Shown: in pieces, positions 43,401 through 50,878 of the stretch
Layout: the number at the start of each line of letters is the position of its first letter
Numbering within the stretch: position 1 is the first letter of the stretch
From: a candidate division FCPU426 bacterium
Lineage (GTDB): Bacteria > Oederibacteriota > Muellerivitia > Muellerivitales > Muellerivitaceae
Assembly: GCA_963738405.1 (NCBI GenBank)
Contig: CAVTWJ010000011.1
Coordinates: 1 to 64,000, forward strand
DNA length: 64,000 nt
Direction of reading: 5' to 3'
Program-made: the position numbers and the translations under genes
Notes under the pieces: model-generated
Databases searched by the model: none
What the model saw: only the letters and a program-made list of their open reading frames with translations
What the model was told of the DNA's origin: nothing

Positions 43401-44708
43401 TTTTCGTTTAGTTCCGCCGGAGCCCCGATACAAACGGTCAACTTGTTAGCTGGCTCGGTAGCTCAAGCCCAGGTTTACTACAGCGACTACAAGGCAGGTA
43501 CATGGAATTTGACACTTTCGGGATCGGGTTACAGCGCCGCCTCTACCCTCGTGACGGTCATTCCCGGCCCTTATAACGGGCTCCAAGTTCTATTGCCCGG
43601 ACAAACCGCCGATCCTGGACAGCCAACCGCCGATCACTTAGGACGCATTGGAAACCCCGCGGCCCAGGCGGCTGGGTCACCCGTGCAAGTTACCCTTAAC
43701 GCGGTAGACGCCTATTTCAACCCGATAACTTCCAACAATGATTTTGTGACGTTGGTTTCGTCTGATCCGGCGATGCCAGCCGGTGGGTCGGTCAACCTGG
43801 TCAACGGAACGGGCTCAAAGCCTGTAACCTTTTACAGCCCGGGGAACCAGTCTGTCACCGCAACGGATGGAACAAAGAATGGAGTCAGCGACCTCTTAAC
43901 CGTTCAGGGTGGCACCACTAGCACACTTTTGAATGTTGTTCACAATTCTCCGGCGCTTTCAGGTCAAGGCTTGGGGGCGGTTGGGGTAACCTTTATGACA
44001 TTCCGGTTGACGGTTGGGAGCGGGACGGACCCCATCCAGTTGAATAACCTGGTCGTGCACGCGAGAGATTCAAATGGAACGGATGTGCCGTTCAATACAG
44101 CCCTTCAAAGCCTGTCCGTGTCCTCGGGCTCGCAAACGATAGTGACGTCTATGACCACGGTGAATTCGGCCATTGTCACCTTGGGCGCCTTTCCTACAGG
44201 AACCTTCCTGGTAAATCCTGGAACCCCCGTGACTCTGGTTTTGTCCGCTGATATTTCCTCCGGAGCCACGGCGAGCAGTCTTTCATTGAGCTTGGACGCC
44301 GCAGGATCGGTTGCGGCTATCGATTCCGTATCACCCTTTCCGCCCGTGGCGGTCGTCAGTTCGGGCGATCCTACCGGGTTCCCCATGTCGTCTGGGGTGC
44401 TTATCCTTGAGCCGGCAGACGTGGCGAAAACATTTGGCAACTATCCCAACCCCTTCCGCCCGGATGTCGAAAACACCACGATTGAATTTTATTTGCCAGC
44501 CCCCGCCAACGTTTCGCTGGTTTTGTATGATGTTCTTGGGAACAAGGTCTTGACGCTCTTAAACAGCCAAAACCTTCCCGCGGGCCTTCAACGCGAGATT
44601 TGGACCGGCCGAAACGGTGTGGGTTCCCAGGTACTGAGCGGAGTTTATTACGCCCAGCTCACCGTGAATGGAACGAATTATCTTTTGAAAGTGGCGGTGG
44701 TTAAATAG
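37401..44708 (+). CDS. 2435-aa secreted adhesin-like protein: ConA/DUF1349-like N-domain, four repeated Ig-like domains on Thr-rich linkers, FlgD-Ig/T9SS-like CTD
   Basis: Signal peptide; GLMFRNS..RMVKAGSSFNAYYSIDG; repeated LYQDASGNG domain; CTD NYPNPF..WTGRN..SGVYY..KVAVVK. Confidence 0.88.
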   Translation: MAFMTRLKLPIPVLLTTFLLGFAQFSLHAQCLVSDTFNNEISPSWSVSEIGAATGGATVLGSALTLTSTDPGMPGGVGTVSDSFYYLYQSSTGDPEVTLQIDTMPSTSGALLGLMFRNSPDAGDVFAFVGASTTSAGSGKFFMMSRIVPDGDTSFNTIGGNWTNGSPVYVRMVKAGSSFNAYYSIDGSAWSNLTTVSPNFNSSPFEVGVALASANTITGDTGSVSNFNVLSGFCTPTPTLTLTPSPSPTATPSPTNSITDTFTLTQTPTFTLTQTPTDTTTFTTTPTPYVLSVATVTGTPADSTQIPGTQNVGIMQFSVNNPGTAGTTIFGFVLQSVGDGAQISEVNLLQGGVGGSPLVSKAYGGSGLVTLGGGPLTVLGNGTVTYGVSYNFQPNASTGSYSVSLTGLRGLDDTGQVLQVNGAPLGGAMINIVLPTSTPTATPTATLTTTPTYTLTDTSTFTKTETQTFTETPTPTDTLTWTQTQTPIDTPTFTQTATPTFTQTATPTDTQTATPTFTQTATPTETQTATPTDTPTATATFTQTATPTFTQTETPTFTQTATPTFTQTATTTSTATVTPTVALALSWNNQPVSQTYLFNQTNVSSLQLVLTSTAQENVVVKQLAFTGGGSLNWSTDVVAGSVRLYQDASGNGLYSAGTDTLLMGGQSFNASGSVTFQNVNGVTAPLASGAPQTFLLVFDLNMSGLATKNFSNLLANSGITANGQTTGQAAILSGGPVGGILHTVSAATATPTVTTTSTPTATATFTQTATPTDTQTATPTHTQTETPTFSQTATPTTTPTFTQTATSTDTPTATQTFTQTATPTDTLTWTQTQTPTDTPTFTQTATPTFTQTATPTDTQTATPTFTQTATPTETQTATPTDTPTATATFTQTATPTFTQTETPTFTQTATPTFTQTATTTSTATVTPTVALALSWNNQPVSQTYLFNQTNVSSLQLVLTSTAQENVVVKQLAFTGGGSLNWSTDVVAGSVRLYQDASGNGLYSAGTDTLLMGGQSFNASGSVTFQNVNGVTAPLASGAPQTFLLVFDLNMSGLATKNFSNLLANSGITANGQTTGQAAILSGGPVGGILHTVSAATATPTVTTTSTPTATATFTQTATPTDTQTATPTHTQTETPTFSQTATPTTTPTFTQTATSTDTPTATQTFTQTATPTDTLTWTQTQTPTDTPTFTQTATPTFTQTATPTDTQTATPTFTQTATPTETQTATPTDTPTATATFTQTATPTFTQTETPTFTQTATPTFTQTATTTSTATVTPTVALALSWNNQPVSQTYLFNQTNVSSLQLVLTSTAQENVVVKQLAFTGGGSLNWSTDVVAGSVRLYQDASGNGLYSAGTDTLLMGGQSFNASGSVTFQNVNGVTAPLASGAPQTFLLVFDLNMSGLATKNFSNLLANSGITANGQTTGQAAILSGGPVGGILHTVSAATATPTVTTTSTPTATATFTQTATLTFTQTATLTFTQTQTPTDTQTATQTFTQTATPTFTQTATPTDTPTATATFTQTATPTDTQTATPTFTQTATPTFTQTATPTDTPTATATFTQTATPTFTQTATQTFTQTATPTFTQTQTPTFTQTATPTQTQTATTTSTATVTPTVALALSWNNQPASQTYLFNQNNVSSVQFILESTAQENVLVKQLVLTGGGSLGWSTDVVAGSVRLYQDASGNGLYSAGTDTLLMGGQSFNASGSVTFQNVNGVTAPLVSGAPQTFLIIFDLNMTGLTTKNFSNSLAVGGITANGQTTGQAAILSGGPITGNLHTVSAATATPTVTTTSTPTSTPTFTQTQTPTFTQTATPTFTQTQTPTDTPTYTQTTTPTFTQTYTPTFTQTATPTDTQTATQTYTQTATPTFTQTATPTVTQTHTATFTQTATPTDTQTATTTSTQTATPTATQTHTPTFTQTATPTVTATFTQTATTTSTATVTPTPTATFQPPVSLAILPVTSSLIAGPAGAPLTVEALNTSGFPATLQTALTLSLTSTSTGQNAFSFSSAGAPIQTVNLLAGSVAQAQVYYSDYKAGTWNLTLSGSGYSAASTLVTVIPGPYNGLQVLLPGQTADPGQPTADHLGRIGNPAAQAAGSPVQVTLNAVDAYFNPITSNNDFVTLVSSDPAMPAGGSVNLVNGTGSKPVTFYSPGNQSVTATDGTKNGVSDLLTVQGGTTSTLLNVVHNSPALSGQGLGAVGVTFMTFRLTVGSGTDPIQLNNLVVHARDSNGTDVPFNTALQSLSVSSGSQTIVTSMTTVNSAIVTLGAFPTGTFLVNPGTPVTLVLSADISSGATASSLSLSLDAAGSVAAIDSVSPFPPVAVVSSGDPTGFPMSSGVLILEPADVAKTFGNYPNPFRPDVENTTIEFYLPAPANVSLVLYDVLGNKVLTLLNSQNLPAGLQREIWTGRNGVGSQVLSGVYYAQLTVNGTNYLLKVAVVK
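38821..41795 (+). repeat. Near-perfect intragenic tandem repeat, period 1044 bp (348 aa), ~2.85 copies, plus a diverged fourth domain at ~42195-42750
   Basis: Identical blocks begin at 38821, 39865 and 40909; identical alternative-frame ORFs recur at 39158, 40202 and 41246; only one difference noticed (ATT vs ACT in copy 1). Confidence 0.95.
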
Positions 44709-46339
44709 TGAAAACTAACCGTCAAATTCTAAATTTAGGAGCGGCCATCTTTCTGGCTTGGATGGGGGTCCGGTCGGCTGTTCTCGGGCAGACCGCCGAG
44801 ACCGGTGGCGTGGTGGATCCATTCGAGCTTGGAGCTTCGGCAAGGATTTTGGGGATGGGAAACGCTGGGGTGGCCCTCACGGGGGATGGGGCCGGCTTTC
44901 TTCAAAATCCAGCACTTCTTTCCACCGTTAACCAGGATGAGCTGTTGACCTTTCACTCGCCTCTTTTCGTGGATACCCTTTATGACAGTGTTGGATTGGC
45001 CCTTCCGCTCTCTGGTTCCTCGGGCGTGGCGCTGAGCCTTTCCCGGCTTGGTGTGGATAATCTTTTTCTGACCCAAACCAATATTCAGCCGAGTTCAACC
45101 TTTTCCACTCAGGAATGGGAGGCGACGATCAGCCTCGGAGCTGAGATTTATCCGGGATTGGGAATGGGCATCCTCATGAAAGGGATTCAAGAGCAGATCG
45201 CCAATTATCAAGGAGAAGGGGTTGGCATGGACGCGGGAATGATTTACCGGTTCGCCCAATCCCGATTAGACTACTCGAAAATCGGGATTTTGAATTTAGA
45301 TTTGGGTTTGGCGGTCGCGAACTTAATACCTCCCCAGGTAACCCTTTTTCAGACCCCGGACAATCCAGCCGAGATTATCAAGCCCTCTGTCGGATACCGT
45401 TATGATATTTCGCAAAATGGCGACCGGTTGTGGATGGTTTTGGAAGGAGAGTTGACCCAGGGGGGGAGCAATCTGGTAAAGGCGGGGGCCGAATATTGTT
45501 TTCAAAATACCTTTTTTGTCCGGGCGGGGTTTGACGGCGTGAGTCCCACGGCGGGCGCTGGAGTGAGCCTAGCGGGCTTTGAGCTGGATTATGCCTATAA
45601 CCAAAGGGATTTGGGGACACTTCACCGTTTTTCCCTGGCTTACCGTTTCGGGGAATACCTGGATCCGGTTAGGGCCCAAAAGCTGGATCTTTTGAAATGG
45701 GTTGCCAGAAACTATGACCAGGACAATGATTACCCGGCGGCGCTGAAAGCTTGGACGGATGTTCAAAAAGAGGAACCTGATGACCTTGAAGCTCCGAAGG
45801 CGATCGAAAACCTTAAACAGCGCCGAGCCCAAGAGGTGGAGCTGCTCATGAAACAAGCCCGTCCCGCCATGCAAAAGGGCGATTATGCCAAGGGTGTGCC
45901 GCTTTTAGGGAAAGTGTTAGCCCTTGACCCAAGTAATTCTGAGGCCAAATCCCTGCTCCGGCATGTGGACAACCACATGGTTCTTGAAACCGACTATCTG
46001 GCTGGAGTGGAGGCCTACCGCCACGAAAACTATAAGGAAGCGGCCGATTATTTGGGAGAGGTCTACGATACCGATCCCAATTACCGGGACACGTCGGTCC
46101 TGTACCGTGACGCTCAAAGCCGGTTCCAACCTCTTGAGACCCTGCCAAAGGATCTTTCCGATCTATATTCTCAAGGTGTGGAATTTTATCTGAAAGGCCA
46201 GTATGCGCAAGCCATCTCGGTTTGGCAGAAGGTATTGGCCCGTTCTCCCAAAAACAGGCTGGTCGAAAGAAACCTGGAAGAGGCTCGAAGCCGATTGGGC
46301 GATTCCGTCCCCATTCCCCAAGCGACGGAGGCCCCGTGA
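44708..46339 (+). CDS. PorV/PorQ-like beta-barrel fused to C-terminal TPR repeats
   Basis: ELGASARILGMGNA..NPALL signature; barrel end LGTLHRFSLAYRFG; then TPR helices (VLALDPSNSEA, YLKGQYAQAISVWQKVL). Confidence 0.8.
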   Translation: MKTNRQILNLGAAIFLAWMGVRSAVLGQTAETGGVVDPFELGASARILGMGNAGVALTGDGAGFLQNPALLSTVNQDELLTFHSPLFVDTLYDSVGLALPLSGSSGVALSLSRLGVDNLFLTQTNIQPSSTFSTQEWEATISLGAEIYPGLGMGILMKGIQEQIANYQGEGVGMDAGMIYRFAQSRLDYSKIGILNLDLGLAVANLIPPQVTLFQTPDNPAEIIKPSVGYRYDISQNGDRLWMVLEGELTQGGSNLVKAGAEYCFQNTFFVRAGFDGVSPTAGAGVSLAGFELDYAYNQRDLGTLHRFSLAYRFGEYLDPVRAQKLDLLKWVARNYDQDNDYPAALKAWTDVQKEEPDDLEAPKAIENLKQRRAQEVELLMKQARPAMQKGDYAKGVPLLGKVLALDPSNSEAKSLLRHVDNHMVLETDYLAGVEAYRHENYKEAADYLGEVYDTDPNYRDTSVLYRDAQSRFQPLETLPKDLSDLYSQGVEFYLKGQYAQAISVWQKVLARSPKNRLVERNLEEARSRLGDSVPIPQATEAP

Positions 46340-49185
46340 TTCTGGATCGTTTATTCCTCAACTTGCTTTTTATAACTACCCCGGATTCCAAGCGCCGCCA
46401 GTTTAGGCTGGAAGTACCAGCCCAGGAATTGGAGCTCTTGACGATTAAGGATTTTGTCCAGCGGGTTTGTGATTCGGCCGGCTGTTCACAAAAAGAAACA
46501 TCCGGTATCAAACTGGCCATTGATGAAGCCTGTACGAACATTGTCCGTCACGCCTACCGCGGAAAAGGGGATGGGAAAATTCTATTGGAAATGGGGATCG
46601 GCCTCGGGGACCTCAAAACCAAGATCACTGATTACGGCAAACCCTTTGACTTTAAGGGCATCAAAGATCCGGATCTCAACCGTTATGTCGATATCGGCAA
46701 AAAAGGCGGCTTGGGGATTTGGCTGATCCGAAAGGTCATGTCCCGCGTCACTTACAAAGCCTATTCGGACCGCAACGAATTGGTGATGTACAAGAGCCTT
46801 TCGAAGGCTCCCCCGCCTCAATTAGGACTGAAGAAGGGAGCTGTTTCAGTTTCCATCAAATTTACCGTGGGTGCCGTGCTTTTAGTAGCCATTCTTTTCA
46901 TCACCTTTTATTTTTCCCTGAGCCGTCGTCAAGAAGCTGACGCCCTTAAACAACAGCGTGAGAACGTGAATTTGGTGCTTGGCTCCCTCGCTTCCCAATC
47001 GGGCCAATCGGTATCCCGTAAAGACGATTTAGGACTGGAAAATCTTGTCCGTCAAGTGAAGGCGCAGGATACGGGCAAGATGCTCGATTACGTCTTTATT
47101 GTGGGCTCTGAAGGTTTGTTTTTGGCCCACTCGGATATTCAACAGATCCTGCATCCCTACCAGCCCCCTCCCGGCGCCCGCCTTAAGCCCAAGGGCGGAA
47201 TCCAAGCTTTTCAATTTCAAACCCCCGAGGGGGGAGTCAGCGATTACGGGTCTCCGATTTATTACCGCGGGCAATTTGTGGGGGAAGTGCACGTGGGGAT
47301 CACCGATACGACCCTTCGTAGGGCTGACCGGCGCATCAAAAGTGAAATTCAAGGACAGCTCCTATTCGCTTCTGTTTTCATCATGTTGGCGCTCTGGATA
47401 TTGTCCCGCATCGTGATTCATCCCTTCCGAAAGATTTTGGATGGAGTGAACGCCATGTCCGCAGGCGATATGAACGCGAAAATCGATTTGGACACCCAGG
47501 ATGAATTCGGCCAATTGGCGGGTATTTTCAATGAAATGACCAACAAACTTCAGGAATCCCAAAAAGGAATGGTGGAAACGGAGCGGATGCAGAAAGAAAT
47601 GCAGGTCGCTCAGCAGATCCAGCATACCCTTTTACCCGCGGATTTTCCCCAGGTGGAGGGCTATGAGATTGGCGCTACCTATCGGGCCGCCAAGGAAGTC
47701 GGCGGCGACTATTACGACTTTTTCTGGGTGGACCCCACCACTTTGGGGATCGTGGTGGCGGACGTGTCGGGTAAGGGCGTGCCCGGCTCCATGGTGATGA
47801 CCATGATCCGTACCGCCATGCGTCTTGAGGCGCGCGGCAATAAGAGCGCCTCGGACGTGCTGGGAAAGGTCAACCGGCACGTGACTTCGGACATGAAAAA
47901 GGGAATGTTTGTCACCATGTTTTATATCATCCTGGATTCACGCACCCGGGCCATTAATTTCGCCAGCGCGGGCCACAACCCTATGATTCTTTATCGGGGC
48001 GAAACCCAAGAAGTTTATTTCCTCAAACCCAAGGGTTTCCCCGTCGGAATCGATCTTCCCGAAGATGACATGTTCGCTAAAAGCTTAGCCCTGCAAAAGG
48101 TGAGTCTGGAAAAGAACGATATGCTGGTGATCTACACCGACGGCATCACCGAAGCCATGAACGCCGAAAAGGACCAATACGGCGAGGCGAGACTGATCCA
48201 GGTGATCAAGGACAATTCTCATTTGACGCCCCAGGAATTCGTCGAGCAATTGAATCTTTCAATAGCCCAATTCACCAAGGGCGCGGAACAAAACGACGAC
48301 ATCACCGTGGTCGCCATTAAGGAAAAGATGCATGCCGAATCGGTGGAATACAAATTCAGAAAAAAACTATTGGAGCTGGTCGAAAAGAAGGGGCTTTCAG
48401 TGGTTGAAGCCTGCCGGCAGATGAATGTATCGACAAAGGCTTACTACCGGTTCAAGAAGATGCTCGCCGAAAAGGGGAAAAAGGGACTTCGGCCCATGAG
48501 GTCAGAGCGCAAGGGGGGCATTCGTGAACTGACCTTGCCCCAAAGGGACGCCTTAATGGCCTTGCTGTGCAAGAACCCCGAATTGGGGCCTCAAAGGCTT
48601 TCCGAGACGCTTAAGAAGATGGTGCCTCCCATTCGGGTAGAAGCCCGGCTGATTTATGAACATTTGAAACGGAAGAACTTGAGTACGGCGAACCAGAGAA
48701 AAGCCTTTTCTTCCCTTTCGGCCGAAGATACGGGAAGCCAAACAGAGGGGGATTCTCAAGCGTCTGAGGATGCCACCGATCAAATACAAGTAAAAAAAAA
48801 TGACGGGATTGGCGCGGGATCGTCCCAGCCCAAGCGGAAGGGCGTCAAACGGCAGTTGACGGCGCCCCAGAAAGAAGCCTTGATGAAGGTTCTTTGCCGG
48901 AACCCTGAATTCGACGCGTTGAAACTCTCCGAGGTCCTGCGGACGGATATGACGCCTTCCATTCGAGTGAAGGCCGGATTGATCTCGGATCATTTGAAGC
49001 GAAAGAATTTGAGTACCGTGGATCAACGGAAAGCTTTTGCCCTTATCTCGGGCGTGGAGGAGCGTCATCAGATGGAAGAAAATGCCAGGCCGGCTGATGC
49101 TTCCGCCGGTTCCATCGAGAGCGGCAATAGAGTTATTGACGCCGGCGGGGTCTCGGTTGACACGGAGAAACCTGAAAGCCCATAA
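46336..49185 (+). CDS. Membrane fusion protein: RsbW-like Ser kinase (HATPase) + 2TM sensor + HAMP + SpoIIE/PP2C phosphatase + transposase-type HTH domains
   Basis: LAIDEACTNIVRHAY, DYGKPFD, GGLGIWLI; two TM; HAMP DEFGQLA; VGGDYYD, ADVSGKG, SAGH, YTDG, DDIT; SVVEACRQMNVS..YYRFKK; GTGA overlap with the upstream gene. Confidence 0.9.
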   Translation: MILDRLFLNLLFITTPDSKRRQFRLEVPAQELELLTIKDFVQRVCDSAGCSQKETSGIKLAIDEACTNIVRHAYRGKGDGKILLEMGIGLGDLKTKITDYGKPFDFKGIKDPDLNRYVDIGKKGGLGIWLIRKVMSRVTYKAYSDRNELVMYKSLSKAPPPQLGLKKGAVSVSIKFTVGAVLLVAILFITFYFSLSRRQEADALKQQRENVNLVLGSLASQSGQSVSRKDDLGLENLVRQVKAQDTGKMLDYVFIVGSEGLFLAHSDIQQILHPYQPPPGARLKPKGGIQAFQFQTPEGGVSDYGSPIYYRGQFVGEVHVGITDTTLRRADRRIKSEIQGQLLFASVFIMLALWILSRIVIHPFRKILDGVNAMSAGDMNAKIDLDTQDEFGQLAGIFNEMTNKLQESQKGMVETERMQKEMQVAQQIQHTLLPADFPQVEGYEIGATYRAAKEVGGDYYDFFWVDPTTLGIVVADVSGKGVPGSMVMTMIRTAMRLEARGNKSASDVLGKVNRHVTSDMKKGMFVTMFYIILDSRTRAINFASAGHNPMILYRGETQEVYFLKPKGFPVGIDLPEDDMFAKSLALQKVSLEKNDMLVIYTDGITEAMNAEKDQYGEARLIQVIKDNSHLTPQEFVEQLNLSIAQFTKGAEQNDDITVVAIKEKMHAESVEYKFRKKLLELVEKKGLSVVEACRQMNVSTKAYYRFKKMLAEKGKKGLRPMRSERKGGIRELTLPQRDALMALLCKNPELGPQRLSETLKKMVPPIRVEARLIYEHLKRKNLSTANQRKAFSSLSAEDTGSQTEGDSQASEDATDQIQVKKNDGIGAGSSQPKRKGVKRQLTAPQKEALMKVLCRNPEFDALKLSEVLRTDMTPSIRVKAGLISDHLKRKNLSTVDQRKAFALISGVEERHQMEENARPADASAGSIESGNRVIDAGGVSVDTEKPESP

Positions 49186-49223
49186 TGAAACATCTATCGG
49201 TTTTTTATTAATCTGGAGGAGTC

Positions 49224-49586
49224 ATGGACAATATCACGGTCAATGTGGCCGACCATTCCAATCATAAAGACATTGTTGTTTTGACGGTTAAAGGGTTTAT
49301 TGACACCACAACGGCCCCGGAATTCGAGAAAAAATTCCTGGGCGTCTTAAATGAGAAAAAATATAAACTGCTTGTGGATCTCAAGGACGTGAATTACATC
49401 AGTTCCGCGGGCTGGGGCATTTTTATCAGCGAAATTAAACGGATCCGGGCTCAAAAGGGAGACTTAGTTTTGGTCGGCATGAACCCCGAGGTGGGGGAAG
49501 TGTTTGAGCTTTTGGAATTCAATTCAATCCTGAAATCCTATCCTAATGTTGAGTTGGCCCTGAAAAAGGGATTCGAAAAATCATAA
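49224..49586 (+). CDS. STAS-domain anti-sigma factor antagonist (RsbV/SpoIIAA-like)
   Basis: GFIDTTTAPEF, VDLKDVNYISSAG phospho-Ser motif; GGAGG RBS. Confidence 0.93.
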   Translation: MDNITVNVADHSNHKDIVVLTVKGFIDTTTAPEFEKKFLGVLNEKKYKLLVDLKDVNYISSAGWGIFISEIKRIRAQKGDLVLVGMNPEVGEVFELLEFNSILKSYPNVELALKKGFEKS

Positions 49587-49669
49587 AGGAGACTCCGGGC
49601 TTGGGAGGGAATCGGGATTCCGATTTGCTTTTTACCACAAGGATTTGAAGATCCGGAAAATGGACCCCT

Positions 49670-50812
49670 ATGGACGGCAACACTCTTAACTCGCTTCTGG
49701 AAATCAACGGAAAGCATTTTGCCGTCGAAAGCAGCCTACCCCAGGGCAAGAACCGGGTCCTTTCAATGGCCCAACTGGAAGGAAGAATCCTTTCCCAGCG
49801 CGAATTTGAGATGCCGGATGGATTGGATGAGGACAACCGTAAACGGTTTCTCCAGGATACCCACAAAAACCGTCTCGTCGAGTTGGAATCCATTTTTAGG
49901 CTTAACCGCAAAATAGACGAAAAGCCCACCCCTGACGCCTGCTGGAAAATAGGGGTTATTTTCTTGTCCAATGGTTTTTACGAGGACGCCCGCCAGCGGT
50001 TTTTAAAATCCATGGAAATGGATCCCCAGCATCTTCAAGCGCTTAAATGCTACGGGATCAACCTGACGCTTCAGGAAGATTACGATGGCGCCTTGGCCAT
50101 TCTTAACCGCGCCAAGGAATTGGGACCATCATTCGCCGACATTTATTACCATCTTGGCAATGTTCACCTTTACCGCAGGGAATTGGATGAAGCGGTCCAA
50201 TCTTATCTCCAAGCTCTCCAGATCAATCCTCGTTATGCGGATGCCAGGCTGCGCCTCGCGACAGCCTGCGTGGGATATTTGACGATCGGGGATATGAGCG
50301 TCAGTGACTCGGAAAAAACAGCGGAATTGGCCGAAAGGGCGAAAACGGAGGCGGAAACGGCTGCGACCCTGAATCCCAAACTGCGCAACCGCGCCTTCAT
50401 GATGGCGACCGATTACCTGAAAAGCCGAAGGTATTCCAACGCTTTTCAAACCTTTTTGGGGGTGCGGCCTAAATTTGTCCCGCGGATCGGCGACGAGATC
50501 ATTTTTTTCTTCACGCTGACGCTTCTTTATGGGAGCGAGGGAATCGATTTGCAGATGACGGAGCAGTACATAGAAAAATTATCAAAAGTCATCGAAGAAT
50601 ATCCCCATTACGCCGATCTTCACCACCATCTGGGAGTGGCTTACTTGATCAAATGCCGGTTTGATGTGAGCCGGTCCCTTAAAGAATTCAAAAAGGCTCT
50701 GGATATCAACCCTCAGTTCCAGAAAGCCTTAACCAACGCGGCCGATACCGAGGATTTGCACCGTCGCGTGCTGGTTTCTTTGAAAAAGGCGATTATTACA
50801 AAAGGAAATTGA
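49670..50812 (+). CDS. TPR-repeat protein
   Basis: Multiple TPRs (FADIYYHLGNV, ALQINPRYADA, YADLHHHLGVAY); no signal peptide. Confidence 0.85.
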   Translation: MDGNTLNSLLEINGKHFAVESSLPQGKNRVLSMAQLEGRILSQREFEMPDGLDEDNRKRFLQDTHKNRLVELESIFRLNRKIDEKPTPDACWKIGVIFLSNGFYEDARQRFLKSMEMDPQHLQALKCYGINLTLQEDYDGALAILNRAKELGPSFADIYYHLGNVHLYRRELDEAVQSYLQALQINPRYADARLRLATACVGYLTIGDMSVSDSEKTAELAERAKTEAETAATLNPKLRNRAFMMATDYLKSRRYSNAFQTFLGVRPKFVPRIGDEIIFFFTLTLLYGSEGIDLQMTEQYIEKLSKVIEEYPHYADLHHHLGVAYLIKCRFDVSRSLKEFKKALDINPQFQKALTNAADTEDLHRRVLVSLKKAIITKGN

Positions 50813-50878
50813 TGAGCTGAATGGACGGCACCGCAGGAACCGTTCGGCTAGGTCTGGATGATAGATGGTTTTACCGGG

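Noticed and set aside
46222..46335. ORF-track start at 46222 for the kinase/phosphatase fusion
   Set aside because: Overlaps the upstream gene by more than 100 bp; the GTGA-coupled start at 46336 is more plausible
48340..49060. Intact IS element inserted in the phosphatase gene
   Set aside because: Only HTH domains, in frame, with no DDE core or terminal repeats
50814..50850. Hairpin AGCTGAATGG/CCGTTCGGCT as ncRNA
   Set aside because: Short stem between convergent genes, most simply a terminator-like structure; insufficient support
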